Source: Rotaria socialis (taxonomy: Eukaryota). From it: a stretch of 39,726 nt of DNA. Of this stretch, positions 22,384 to 35,741 are shown in pieces. The translations under genes and the position numbers were made by a program. A model generated the notes under the pieces. That model was given only the letters and a program-made list of their open reading frames with translations. It did no database searches and was not told where the DNA came from. The stretch is from assembly GCA_905331295.1 (NCBI GenBank), contig CAJNYD010000490.1, forward strand, positions 1 to 39,726, read 5' to 3'. Each line of letters starts with the position of its first letter. Within the stretch, counting starts at the first letter, position 1.

Positions 22384-25305
22384 TAACACTAGACTGACAA
22401 TCTAAAAGTATTATAGTTGTACATGAGTTAGAAGTCCACTTAGTGTAATCAAGAGAAGCTTTTTGACATTCGCTTTCTTTCGCTCTGTTAACTAGTATGA
22501 CGATTTTCTATAAGAGAGACAATTGTATAAGCAAGCTACTTTTTTTCTGTTTCTTCTAATCGCGAAAACAACAACATAATATTAGGGAAACAGGCATGTA
22601 TATATCATCTACGAGTGAGAGATCAAACTGAGACAAAAAGAGAAAAAGAAAGGAGGAAAACACAATGAGGAGTTGGAATATCAAAGAGCATAACTTCACA
22701 AGGAGATTGATGTATCGACCTCGTAATGCATTTCTTGAGAAAAACAACACTATGTGTATGTAATTCGAATAGAAGAAAGAAGAATGACAAGCTAAAAGAT
22801 ACTGATGTGGAGTTGTAATGAAATAGATATTTTACTAGTTTCTATTGTGTCTCTATTAAAGAAGCGTCACAATGCGACGCTCCCGTCCTTTGTCATTGCA
22901 TCGATTGTCCTTACCTTATTGTTCACTCATTGATATGCTTTGCTTTCATTCTCTCTTCTTCTGGTTGAGTATATAAATGTGCGTTTTATACAAAGACGCT
23001 GCGATTGATGATGTGAAGAAACAAAATAAAGCGTAATACCAAGAGCGCTAGCTGTTATATCGTCAGAAATCGTTACACACAACTAGGTTCTGTTGTCGAT
23101 CTTTTCCCTCATGGATTATGAATCGTTGCAAGAAATAAAAGATGTGAAAACGTGTTTCTATTGTTTGCTGGCTTTATTGAGACCCCACACCGAAGTGCAT
23201 CGCAACAATGGCGATTTGGTTTGATTCGATTTTGATTACTGTTGTTTTCAGTATCTTCGGTGAGGGGTAAAACAACAAAGGCCTATTATTTCCCTACTGA
23301 TGGGGGTCTACATTATATATGTACTATTATTCACAGCGAGCAATGGGCTGCATTGCACAAATAACAGTACTTCTGTTTCATAAAACGATTAATAACATGA
23401 AAAATGGTGTTTTATACACTCTCACTTTCCATACACAGAGAGGCCTAGTGGTATGTGATATCATTTGAAGATAGGAACAGGGAATGCGTACAACATTCAG
23501 CAACGAAGAAAATGAAGCGCAAACATTGATATTATTGAGTATTGATGCGACAAAGTACGGAAAACAAAGCGATACTGATAATGTAGTCAGAGATTTAACT
23601 GGAAAGGTCTGATTCGACTTGAATTGATATTTTGACTTTAAATCATGATTCGCTTAGCTTTCGTCTGCTGGATATTTCCGTGTTGTTCGTTAAACTGTTT
23701 CGCAAGCGATATCACTCTCATTCAAATTTGAAGATTGCAGAAACATACATTAATAATAGCAATTCAGTCATCTATCAAATCCGGTTCTGCTCTTCTCTGT
23801 CATTGAAACATTCTGACAGAATCCGTGTCAATAGACATGTTTTGATGCTTCAAATTCACAAAAAAATTCGATTTCACAGTTTAACGGAAAAAGAGAAGAA
23901 AACTCGAATAAACTCTTGATATGATTGATACTTACTTTGGCCTAAAAATATTTTCAATAAATAAAAATAAGAGCCCTAAATATTAGTAAAGAACAAGGAT
24001 TTGAAATATAGGAAATGGTGCAGAAGAAAACAAAAAAACAGTGGTCTATTTGGTCCTTTCTCTTTTCATGTAGCATCATTTTACTTACCGTCTAAAGATG
24101 TTTTCTTTTTTTGTTGATTCAGAGCTTCTCTGAGGCGCTCGCTTCGCGCAACCACGGCACAATGTAGAAATAAGAAAGAAAAACAAAGAAAAACAATTTT
24201 CAAATGCTAAAAGATAAGGTCGCATATAATCAAGTGTCCATTGGATTTTTGAATCGCAGGACTCTATCGCATGAAAGTGCTCTATACTGTTCGGCTTCTC
24301 TTTCTTCTTTGCTTCAATCAAAGTAAAAGAATCCCGCATCTCCACCATTCTGTTTTGCTTGTGCATATTTAGAAGTGAAGAGAGAGAGAGAGAGCATAAT
24401 CACGATGACATACTGTATGTAGGTAATAGGCATGATAATGTCATCATCTAGCTGATATAATATAAACGGTGTCGTTTCATCGCGTGTCATTAGGGGTGCA
24501 CCTAGCCCCAGATGGAGGCTTGAGGTGACACGCTTTTCAACATAGGTATTATTGCGCCCAGAAATCAACTAAAAGGGTAGTGTTTGATTTCTGAATACCC
24601 TTTGGGCATGCAAGGAGCTCGGGGATTCACGAACTTCATCACTCGGGAGCAGACACTTCGGTATTTATGATGCACATCCACAGCAGTAGACTATTCAGTT
24701 CAATCATAGGAATGTTTCATGCCTTGAAACATCTTCTCAAAGACCATGTTTTGTTGTTTCAAGATGGATGTGTTATACACTCAATTATTAGTAGATTCAA
24801 AGCAATATATACGACGCGTTTCGACTATTACTTAGATAGTCATCATCAAGTATCTTTAGAATCTTTTACTACATGGAAAACAAAGAAGATCATTAAACCC
24901 GGGGTATTCCTGTGAGAATATGAGCATATCTATGAAGACTAGTAACACTCGTATGAGTACTTCTAGCAAACTCAGAAACTACTTTGGGACCTAGAGGACA
25001 GATTTTAGCACTCTTCAGCATTCCTGTGACGTTCTCAAAAATACTTGCAGCACCATCAGGCATCTATATAAAACCTACAAGGATACTTCCAGAATACTAC
25101 GCAGTGCTGGTGCACCATCAGTAGAAGTTATGCTAATAGTTATTGCTACTAATAGTTGCAGCTGTTCATCAGTTCTTAGATTCAGATTTCACGAACTTTG
25201 GAGCTGCATCAGTCACTGGCCTAAATATAGATGGATATTGACTTAGTCATTGATTATACTTTGCTGATTACACGTAGCCACTGCCGAATCTGATTGTATA
25301 CTCAC

Positions 25306-26520
25306 CTCGAATCGTAGAACATAAAAGGCTTATGATTTCACGTAGTGTTTCTGATCTAAATATTTCTGAAAATGTATTGAGAATTTTGCAATTCGTTACA
25401 CCGGCAAGTATACCAAATGATCTGTTGCATCGTTCAATATATGTTGCAGACCGCTCCTTAATCGTTCGGCAGTTGGTTGCGCCGAATCCTCGTTGTCGAT
25501 ACCTTCCCATGAACGTTTTATTCATTGTTCTTCGTTTGTTGTTAATTGCTTCTCTATTCAATGAGGCTGGTAGAGTATTATCTTCATCCAAATGCTGGTG
25601 CAGTTTACAAAAGCATGATCCTAAACATGGTGTTCGGCAGCAACCAGCGGTTAACGAATCAAACTCTTCCGTCGAAACTTGTACATGCTTTGCCCGACAA
25701 ACGCGTCGGTGACACTTTTGGTGACCGTCAATAATGATAGATTGCGTGCAATCTGATCCACAGGACTTAATCAAAATCTTGTGGTTTCTCCACAGGTAAA
25801 TAAATGACGAAAGCAGGCGCGGGTATTCTGTCCAGATCCATTCATCGAATTCACGAGCTGATTTTGGTATCGACACTGATGATGAGCCAATAAATAAATC
25901 AAATTCTACCACCTTATATTTTATGAATGCCATCGCAAGTCTTTTTCTCCACTCAGCGTTTATATCGGTCAAATTTGAGTTAAATGCACCAAGATTAAGC
26001 CCATCAACGAATTTCTGCCACGAACTAGCCTTGATGATCAGTTGACACGTATAATTTTCTATTAATGAACGCTCAAATGCACACTGGTCACCTAAATACA
26101 CCGTATCATTATGTTGTAAACTTTGAGACGTAATTGTGCCTTTCAGAGTATATACTCGAACAGATAAAACATCAGCCATAGCAGCATCAAGAATTGATAA
26201 GCAAATATGACACTTGGATTCAAATGGAATAATTGATCCGATTTATCAAGAGCCATATCAGCAGTTACAGCAGAAAAAAGTTGAATTGAATCCGGAGAAT
26301 TCAAATATTTTATTACCCTTTCAATATCTGCTTGTGTATGTTCAGAACCACATGTTTCTCGAATAATAACCGTCATATTTTGCATTTTGTTTGGATCATA
26401 TGGAGACCAGCGTTGGCTTAATTCAATAAGAAAATGTAGTTCTTGAGGACGCAATACATCATATAGTTCAATCAGTTGTTTAATATCTTCTGAATTGGTT
26501 CGACTAATATTATGATTCAT
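25306..26520 (-). mobile_element. KDZ (Kyakuja-Dileera-Zisupton) transposase remnant with CxC5/CxC6-like cysteine clusters; frameshifted and 3'-truncated
   Basis: HLNP/CHICL..RVYTLKG..YLGDQCAFERSLIE..SSWQKFVDGLN (CxC5-like, apparently internally deleted); IIIDGHQKCHRRVC..CCRTP..FCKLH (DG + CxC6-like); RSFGILAGVTNCKI..SEIFRSETL (KDZ core). Ends at splice donor G|GTGAGT (25306). Later catalytic motifs were not found. Confidence 0.65.
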
Positions 26521-26609
26521 AGTTAGAATCTAAACATCAACATAAACATTTTTTCTTGTAAATTTTCCTTTAGATTTTTATTTAAAATAGAAAGATAAAA
26601 ATCCTACAA

Positions 26610-27601
26610 CTAAAAGCTTTCAAATGTATCTCCTAAAGTATCCCAATATGCAGTGATTTCTGCATCGGACAGGACAATTTCAACGAAATCAGGTTGATAT
26701 GAAATTTCAATTGGTCAACTAGAATTTTGATTGTTAAGATTAACTGTCGTTATCAGTTGTGATGAAGTCCAGTTTCTGATTATTATTGACATAAAAATTT
26801 ATTGATGATTCATCAAATGATTTGAATCCAGTCATGTTACTGGTGAATGCAGGCTGTGGAGCACACTCGGATCGATTCGATTTTTATTGTATTGAGTGCA
26901 AGTTTTGGCAACTTAACGCATTAGACCGTACACCAGATGCCAATATATTGCGTTCATTGTAAGACGATTCGGCCAGTTTATCACGCTTCCTCATAACATC
27001 ATCGCTGGTGTAATGAACTGGTTCAGTCGGAATGATAAATGATAAATCAGATGAGAGCGATATTGTCTCGATTCCTAAAACATCCTTTAAAACCGATTGA
27101 TCCCTTGGTACTCGCTTTATCAATGGTGATTCCGATTCCGATAAGCACTCTTGTGCGGTCGTTTTTTTATCTACCGTAAAAATACAAAGACAGAATGTAT
27201 TTACATGAGAGAAAGAGAAAAGAAAATACTTGTTCATCATGCCAAAAACAATCATCATCAGAAGAATCACTCAGAAGCGACATACACATAGCACTATCTA
27301 CATCGTTGATTTTGTTATTCAGTGTTGCACCATTATTATTGTGACTATTGCTTAGGAATTCAACATCTCAGCAAACAGAAGCACACACATTTTATCCAAA
27401 ATAAGATAATTTTCTTCGATACCAACCTTGATAACTATTAAACCGACTTCGAATATTATCTTCAGCTTCTTTCAACCAACGCTTCAATTCCTGGCTCTCA
27501 TTATCCTTCCACTCATCATCATTTTCCAGAAATTTATTCAAAAGAACATCATATTTGTTATCTGATTTTGATTGAGACATCATCGCCAATTTGATCAACA
27601 A
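26610..27601 (-). other. Uncharacterised spliced coding remnant immediately upstream of the KDZ transposase
   Basis: Co-oriented ORFs 27392-27601 and 26884-27270 with protein-like composition and intron-like interruptions. No recognisable family. Confidence 0.35.
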
Positions 27602-28659
27602 TGAGTGAAATAAATAGATCTTTTACCTATAATTAAAAGATAACGTCTCGCAAAAAAAGTTGGTCCATCTAACTGATACTAAAAAAATCACGTATAAAAA
27701 AACACCTGCCGAAATATCCTCTAGCAGCTAGGAACAAAATCTACGTTGTGATGAAAGCAATAGCAAAAATTTTAAAAAAAATTAATTTGAAAATTCAATC
27801 GGATGAAATTTTGTAATTTCAAACAGTCAAAAAAGATATGAGAGGGAAAAAATGTAGATTAAAAATCAAACGTGTCTAACGGTGTGATTCGACAACTAAA
27901 TTTGCAATGATAAAAATAGATGATTGGATATCAATAATGATAGTAAGACAATGAGAAACAAAAGGATAGCAGTTTGATGGAATATAAATATGATAAAATG
28001 CCATAATCTGAAATATAATATCAAGATATTAGATGAAAAGAGCAAGAAAGTTTGCAAAAATAATATATGAAGGTATCAGAAGGTGAAACTATATATTTGA
28101 AAAGACAATGGCAAGAACGAATCATCGTTGAGTAGTATGATGAGAAAATCAAGAAAGACGAAATAATGAAGAAGCTATTGAAAAATGAGTTTGATGAAGT
28201 GTCATTATCTACATAAGGTTAACAAAAAATCATTGGATAAAACTCGATGAAGTTCTATAATGTGAAACTATAAGCAACTATTATGAGAGGAGAAGTATGC
28301 GGTTGAAGTGACCATGAAAACAAATGGTCTGATGTAAACAGTAAGAACAAAAAAAAACATAACAATGAATTATCATCAGAAGTTAATCTGATTCAACTCC
28401 ATAGTGAAAAGAAGCATAAGCAGTTATCACAGAAAAAAATGTATCCAATGTATAACGTAAAGAAGAAAAGATCGATTATCTGACAATGCCAATGAGAAGA
28501 GAAATGGTCTAATGAGAACATTAAAATAAAAGAAGCAGATGCAATTTTTCAATGGAGAACTGTATGACCACCTTTTGTACGAACAATATATTAGTACCTG
28601 AAATATTAATGAAAACATTATTCCGTTTCTGTTGATAAGAATTGTCTGTAAAAATGAAA

Positions 28660-30170
28660 TTAAATACCTTCAAAAAAAATCATTTGGATGTAGCTTTGAC
28701 ACGTTTTCTTTGGCGAGTACGTATTCGTTCAGATATTGTTCCAGAAAATCTTTCACCTATACCTGCTTATTGGATGAGATAATTGAAATCCAAGAAATGT
28801 ACTTACTTTCTGATAACTCTGTATCATTTGTTGCTTTCTTTTTACGTCGTGACTGTGGATCATCTAAAATAAAAACATATTAGACTTGACATGAGGATAA
28901 TATATGTTTTTAAGATTAACTCGAAATCCATTGCAGTTTTGATAAATTCTTACGTTTGTACTTTCATCATCTTGTGTTTCACATTGCTCTTCGATGATTC
29001 CTTCGTGCGATATGACTAGTTGACATACAATGGATACGCTATCGTAACTAACTAAATAGCATAATATTTATCGCATAACAATGAAAATATGAAGAATCAG
29101 TTGAAACATACCTCCTGAAAAATTATGCAGTAAGTCGAAGATGTTTGACCTTAAATGTTCTACATTGCCTTCATGTTGTTCTGGATCGTTGGTATGATCA
29201 TCGTCACTTGATGTAATACTTTGGCTACAACTGGGATCGGTTTCTTGTGCCGATATTGAACATGTGCGACCTGCAATGATTAAGGAGATCAATTGTAATT
29301 GCTACATAAAAGAAAAATATCATTCTCTTACTCGAAGCTACATGTGGATTTGCAAGCACATGACGGTAGAAAACTGATGAAATATCAATATTTAAAATTT
29401 GATATCTTTCAAGACGAAGAATATCCAATACTTCTTCACTTATCACACCTGCGCTGTGAAACGATACATTACTACAGGAAGCCAAGTACGTATTGTAGTT
29501 AAGCATTTCGTCTTGAAAACTAGCTAAACGATTGATGAATACTTCTGTTGACTCATTATCATTACAAAGAATCATTTTAATGTAAACAGTCGCTTTGCTT
29601 CTTCGGCAAATGAGACCGTCAGCTATTGCAATAAAAAAGCCGTTATGCACTAAAGGCTTTAGAAAAAAAATTTCTAATTTTGAACTGGCTTTTTTTCAGA
29701 GAACTGTTGACACACAGGCCATTTTTGATAAATACTAAAGAATGATGTAACAAGATTGAGGCTTTATAGCTATCACCCTTTTGCAGCATATTTTGCTGAT
29801 TTCTTGTTAATGGTAAGTCTGTTATCTGGCCATTGTTCAATGAAACATCATTATTTTTCAAATCAGTTACTTCAATATTTTCTTTGCCTGCAATATGTCG
29901 CACTGTTGTTTTCATCGATTGGTTCGTTAGAGTGAATCAATTTTTTTTTGTCTTCAGCATTTAGCTTCATTAGAGTCATATATTGTGCTACATTCTGGAC
30001 TCCTACATCTTCAGCTCGCTTGCACATGTCTGTATCAATCATCAAACACTGCTCTCTCCGTATATGCAAACCATTTTTTTCAGCAATTTTGAAGACACGA
30101 TTGAAAAAGCTTTTCAGCGCAGCCTCGTTAGGGCTAAAATGTGGAACTCACATATTTTGGTCACTTAGAT
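28660..30170 (-). other. Uncharacterised multi-exon coding remnant, frameshifted, co-oriented with the KDZ transposase
   Basis: Chain of overlapping minus-strand ORFs (29872-30069, 29643-29915, 29225-29650, 29068-29292) and further short exons with GTAAGT/GTATTT donors near 28805 and 28667. No recognisable family. Confidence 0.4.
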
Positions 30171-31040
30171 ACTGATCAAATAGAAGTTTTGTTTTCAGTG
30201 TAGTGAGATCATATTGCGTTCAAAAATATGATACTAAAACCTTTTTAACATTTGAAGTTTATTGGATCCATCAGTAGGACATATTACTAGAGAGAACATA
30301 TGAATTTTTTTTGTTTAGAATATGTTAGTATGCTGAAGCTTTTAATAGTTTCATTGAGATTGAGAATTATTGTGAATGATGATAGTTTAAACAGTATTTA
30401 GGATATAGCTATGGAAATTTTTAATCAAAGATTTTATATAGAATATTGAGAAATTAATATTTTTTCGTATTACTAGGTGAGAAATTGATATATTTTTATA
30501 AACGAAAATTTAATAAAAGCTTCCCAGTGGATGGAAAAATTGCGAATTGTAAATACACTAACGTGGATTCAAGCTCTAGATTAAGGTATTTGCGTGAGAA
30601 AAAAAGGAAAAGATTAAAATGTTCATCTGTTTATTGTAGGTGGTAGAAGTACACCAAGATAGCGTAGGTTAAACTTACGACATATATGTATAATCATGCT
30701 ATTATAATGAAATTGAGTATGTATTAGAAAGAAATACTGATCTATATTTTAATATGACTAAATGACGTAAGTATGGTGATTAAACAATATAGAAATGTAG
30801 TAGTTGCCTGTGATTTAGTTTATGTGTAATATACTGCCCTTTGTAATAAGGAGTTTGCACAGATTTTTTTATGAGACAATGCTTTTGATTTTTTCGGTCC
30901 ATATATTTTACAGTGATTGACGAATTTTTGATTGCAAAATAATTCATTTATTGTGTTGGGCAGCAGTTATAATAAAAGAAGTAAGAATTCTTTTAGGAGT
31001 TTGTATTTGAATATACTTAATGATAAGTATGGTATTGATG

Positions 31041-31072
31041 GTGTGGGTGTAGATGTGGGTTTGGTTATGGGT
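31041..31072 (+). repeat. Degenerate (TGTGGG)n telomere-like tract
   Basis: gtgtgggtgtagatgtgggtttggttatgggt. Related tracts near 2177, 4427, 10763, 15397 and 20199. Confidence 0.5.
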
Positions 31073-31194
31073 GCAAATGTGATCCCGTGTTTTGCTGTTT
31101 TTTTGTGCAGCACAAACTGCTACTCAAAAGTTGCTCAATTCAGTTTTATTTATGTATAATTTTACTTCATTAACTATAGTGCACGCGTCCAGCG

Positions 31195-31959
31195 CAGTGC
31201 TGCCACCTTTCAAAGTTCAAAAAGCAGAAAATAATTTTTAAAAAGCAGAAAATGACAGAAATTTCTTCATCGAAAAGCAGAAAAAAGCAGAAAGTATGTT
31301 TGTGATATAAAGTTATTTCTAAACTTTGTTCCAGTGTACTAATTAAGAATTTTCACATCCAATTTTGATCTTTATTGTACTGAATCATAAAAAACAATCA
31401 ATTTATAAATAAATAGAATTGTACAAGATTAAGAAACAAAATTAATTAACAAATAATAAGATTATTGAACAATTTCTTTTTTAAACGTATATTTTTCATC
31501 TGATTTAATAGCTTTTAATAAATCGTGATTGCCTAATAAATGTTTATACATTTTAGTGTATGATAAGATGGAATTTAAACGTATTTTTAATTCCGCTGAT
31601 ATAAGCTCTGTTGTCATACAGTTTCTCTTATCATTTAATAAATGTTTCATGTGTGAGAATGCTGATTCAACGTAAGCATTGCTGCAAGGTAAAGAATATA
31701 AAAAGCTTATTAACTTTTAAAAATTTGATGATGGGGTCAAAGAGAATATAAACATCCATAGCTGGTCGAATCTGATCACTTTATTTATTGTTGAATCATT
31801 ATCATCTTCGCTTTCGTCACTGCATTTGTTTGCTGCCGTAATATCATTTTGATTGTTAATAAATGCTTGAACTTGATCGAAAATTGATTTACGTTGACTT
31901 AACAATGTTTTAAATGTTGATTTTATCTTCGTAAATTCATCAAATAAACAGTCTTCATT
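31195..31959 (-). mobile_element. hAT transposon 3' end: C-terminal dimerisation domain, subterminal repeats and TIR
   Basis: Minus strand EDCLFDEF..DQLW..*KLISFLYSLPCSNAYVESAFSHMKHLLNDKRN..LKIRLN (hATC motif). Terminal CAGTGCTGCCAC at 31195 followed by four AAAAGCAGAAA subterminal repeats. Confidence 0.8.
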
Positions 31960-33505
31960 CCCAAGTAAGCAAAAAATGAAGGGAGACTGCCGACATGACT
32001 AGTCAGAAATGTCCGTAGTTGCCGTCAAGTCTAGTCTGAAACGTCTTGCATACCCGTCTTGTCTAGTCAGCTTAATGAGGAGTGTCTTGCAAACACGTCT
32101 GTAATAGTCTGAAATGTCCTTGAGCCCAGTCATGTCTAGTCCGTGTTGTCTGTTGACCTAGTCCAGACTAGTAAGAAGATTAAAACAGAGGTTACACGGT
32201 GGATTTGAACATCCAACCCGACAGTGTTCAAGACATGGCGGACATCCTGACGGCAGTCTAGGATACTGAGATAGACTGCCGTAAGTATATATAGTCTAAA
32301 CTTATATATTGACTCCCATCCATGCATAGAAAATGAGAAACAAGCCGACGTAAACGGTATTGACTAGTCTGAAGCATCTTTTGGACACCTCATGACTAGT
32401 CCGTTGTTAAGAAGTGTTTATTTTACTCAATGCTTATTGAATTTTTTTCTAGCTAAAAGGACAATTAGAGAGTCTGCTGTAATCAATAGTGCATTCGAAA
32501 AGATTTAATATATTGCGTGCATCTCTGTCTTGATATATTTTATTTTATTTAGCATTAGCTAATGCTAAAAGTTTAAGAGTGTATCAAAACATAAAATAGT
32601 AGGGGTTAGTACTAGCAACAAAATTCATCTCGCATCTAGGAGTGCTAATTTATATTTTTTTTCAAAATGTGAGATGTCCTAAATTTGAAAAAATTGAGAA
32701 GCATCTAAATCTTTTTCATATAATACTATTATTTAGTTAATTTAAAATATCAATTGTAATAATTTAAAATAAATCAAAGAAAACGAATTATTAGATGAAT
32801 ATACGGTGATTTAAATTTAAAACTAAACTAAAAAATAATATGAAAAAAATTAGCTTCCATTCCATACAAATATTTTTTAATTTTGTAATCAAATTAATGT
32901 TTTTAAAACGCAACTAATTAATCGCACTTGCTTATAAATCAAAATATATTTGTTGAAAAAAATATAAAATCTTCTTAAACTATTTTTATTTAATGTTATC
33001 TAAAGTAATTGCGTTTCGGTAAAAGACAATTTTATTGATACATCAAATTAAAAATTTGGAGTAAAAATTGTATTAAATAACATCTTAGAATGATCATGAG
33101 TGTGTAGAATATGACTTCACGATCATATGGCTCAATGGTTCTGGCGACGGGTAAGTATCACATTGTATACATGTTCGAATCTAATCTTCATCCTTACATC
33201 TTTTCATTCAGACTAGTCCAGACTCGTCCACTATATAAGGCTACAGCTAGTTGTATACTCGTCCCAGACGCCCTTAATTTTTCATTCATAGATCATTTTC
33301 GGACGAGCGACAGGGACACTCGTCACTACTACTCTTATTAGATTTTATGACTAGTCGTCAATCAGAGTACTAGGGCGTGTATGCATGACGGATAAAAACT
33401 CGGACTAGTCGTGGACGAGTAGTTTTTGAGACAAAGACTAGACGGGACGGGTCAACTTGGCTAGAAAAAAGACTAGTCATTTAACCAGTCTTTTGCTCAC
33501 TTGGG
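31960..33505. mobile_element. 1.5-kb non-autonomous TIR element (CCCAAG...CTTGGG) inserted in the hAT transposase
   Basis: CCCAAGTAAGCAAAA (31960) and TTTTGCTCACTTGGG (33491-33505) are inverted repeats, with many GACTAGTC subrepeats on both arms. Removing the element rejoins LNI|NEDCLFDEF on the minus strand. The AT-rich middle (~32407-33088) may be a further insertion. Confidence 0.8.
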
Positions 33506-33517
33506 TATATTCAACTA

Positions 33518-33665
33518 AATTATATATAAGAGTGATGTTTGTTGAACGTATAATATTAAACGACCATACTAAGAACGAATATTGTGTTATGAACCTTTGT
33601 AAAAATATTAAAATTATTTGTTAAATGAACTTGTTAATTTCGTATCCCGAGACACATATAATATA
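33518..33665 (+). repeat. Dispersed repeat with a second copy at ~39219-39318
   Basis: Shared TATATAAGAGTGATGTTTG..GAACGTAT..AATATTAA..AAATGAACTTGT.AATTT.GTATCC..AGACACATA. A separate ~40-bp match links 33864-33906 with 38123-38160. Confidence 0.7.
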
Positions 33666-33902
33666 CGACTTACAAGAATATTAGAAGCCGATATTTCATA
33701 TGTCGGCTATTACGTAGTGTTTTTACTTTTAAGCTTGCTTATCGTATTTTGCGTCTTTTCCGATGATCAAAATATTTTTTTGCTGGAATCTTTTTCGTTT
33801 TCTCTTATTAAATAGAACATTTCTTATTTCTAGAATATTTTTGACTTATAATTATAATGGAGCAATAGAAATATAGATTGGAATCAGAGGAATAATTCTC
33901 GC

Positions 33903-34988
33903 TTAACCCTTTGTGTCCAGGCTTTTTTTTTTACTGAATTTAAGCTTACAAAAACATACTAGTATGCATCTAGATGATACAACGAAGCCTTTGGTTACAT
34001 TACATAAAAGGAATTGTGATTATATGACTGTATATTTAATAATTTCAATGTTGATATACATAGTGTTTTGATGATACAAAGAAAAACAATTTTTCACACA
34101 TAAACAAACACCACAAAAAGTATTCATCGCATCTGTTCTTTTTTCTTCTTCTTCTTTCGTGGTACAATAAGCACATCGACGACGAGTTGAAATAACTTCT
34201 GGCATATGAGCTAAGAGTTCGCACCTTCTTCTGATTACTTATTGCTAAAGGTCGTCTTATCCTTTTTCTACTAAAATAATTATTTATCAGTGCAGTACTA
34301 ATAGACGATATATATTCTATACCGTAGTAATATTACTATTGGAAAGATTTTTATAATAAATAAATGAATTTAATAATGACATACCAAGAAAATGAAAAAA
34401 TATTCTCATCCAATTTCTCTTTGGCTTTCGATCTATAGTATAATACTTTATTTTTTGGTCAGATAAATCTACATCTGCCATGTATTTATTATACTGAACA
34501 ATTGCTAATGGACAAGAAATTTGCTTTCTATTGCCGTCTTTATCTCGTCGGCTAACTTCACTCTCAACTGCAGGGTCGAAATAGTTTGATGCAATAAATA
34601 CTTCTTTCTTGTCCGTCCATTTTATTACAGAAAGCTCCATTAGGTGTTAGATATCGATAATCGCCTCTCTCAAGTTTTTCTCCTTTCTTCAATTTAGTTG
34701 GAAAATATTTTCTATCGGAACGAATTGTACCGGTAGCTGAAACCTTTTTCTCCTCAGCTTGTAGAGTAATTGTAAAGAAGTAAAATAACTATTATCAAAA
34801 AATAATTGACGATTCTTCATTTAAAAACTTGAGTTATTAACTTTCCATTCCCAATCGTCCATTGAACTTTGCCTGAATTCTTCTTCGACTAATGAACCAT
34901 CGTCTTCGGAATCACTTCTTTCAAGTTCATCAGAACTAATTGAACTATCATTTTCATCGGATAAGGTTTCGTCAGAATCTGAATCCAT
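33903..34988 (-). mobile_element. piggyBac transposon remnant, internally deleted
   Basis: TTAA|CCCTTT terminus at 33903-33912. Acidic N-terminus MDSDSDETLSDE (ATG 34988) jumps to QLFFDNSYFTS..ATGTIR..KWTDKKEV..YNKYMADVDLSDQ and a C-terminal Cys-rich domain RRRCAYC..CGVCLCVKNCFSLYH. Stops and frameshifts are present; the region with the first catalytic Asp is absent. Confidence 0.9.
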
Positions 34989-35117
34989 TTACTTTTAGAA
35001 AACGGTTACGGTACGGCTAGGTTTTCGTCATTACACAAAGGCACAATTAGTCGAAACACGACATTTTCAAAAGCTTAGGTTTTTGAAGAAAACTTTCTGA
35101 AATGAAATACACATATC

Positions 35118-35741
35118 CATAGGCGGCGGAACGATTTCAATCTAGGGTAGGCTCAATTTTCCAGCGAAATGATGTCAGGATGATAGTGAGAAAATGGCGC
35201 TCATCATATTTTTTCAATGCTAGACGCCATATGCCTTTTTGCTAGATTTTGATTCTGTATAAGTGTGATAACTTTAGAGTGCTTTATTTTTTTGAGATAA
35301 AACAAGAAATAACGAAGTATCACAGAACAACTACTTAAAAAATAAAACGAATCTAAAATATAATAAAACCACACAGCACCAAAAAATGTTTTTCTATTTT
35401 CAGTCTTTGAAATAAATCAGAACAGACGCTCTTTAAATCAAGTAAATCGAATTTATCTTTATGAATGTGAGGAATGATAACGTGATTTAAACGTTGTTGA
35501 CTCATTGTGCAGCGTAAATACTTTTTTTTTCTATTAAGAACACTGAGCGATCTTTTGTCAGTGGCTGTTGTTACAGGTACTGTCAAATATAATGTTGTGT
35601 AATAATGCGTCATCTGTCATGACAACAAAAACTGAACTATAAGAAGATATGTTTACATGTAATAGAGTCTACTCAAGCGTTTAATTCTTATAGTTTCAGC
35701 CTACCCAAGTCTACCCACGCCGAATGACTCCGCCGCCTATG
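35118..35741 (-). mobile_element. 624-bp internally deleted hAT element (ZMYM1-like transposase C-terminus) with both TIRs
   Basis: 13-bp perfect TIR CATAGGCGGCGGA / TCCGCCGCCTATG, with GGGTAGGC/GCCTACCC subterminal motifs. Encodes YLTVPVTTATDKRSLSVL..YLRCTMSQQRLNH..HIHKD. No 8-bp TSD visible. Confidence 0.85.

Noticed and set aside
23530..23610. LSIDATKYG resembling the SET-domain IDAxxxGN motif
   Set aside because: The following RFINHSC motif is absent and the frame is short and bounded by stops.
27850..28620. Purine-rich stretch that looks like a decayed plus-strand ORF with C-to-T stops
   Set aside because: Stop density is not clearly different from random AT-rich sequence, and no protein motif is recognisable.
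31960..33505. GACTAGTC repeats as a CRISPR-like array
   Set aside because: The repeats are 8 bp, irregularly spaced and bounded by TIRs, with no cas genes and a eukaryotic context.
35030..35045. ACACAAAGG as the second piggyBac TIR
   Set aside because: Only a 9-bp match, no TTAA follows, and it lies ~50 bp from the ATG. The true end is probably lost or displaced.
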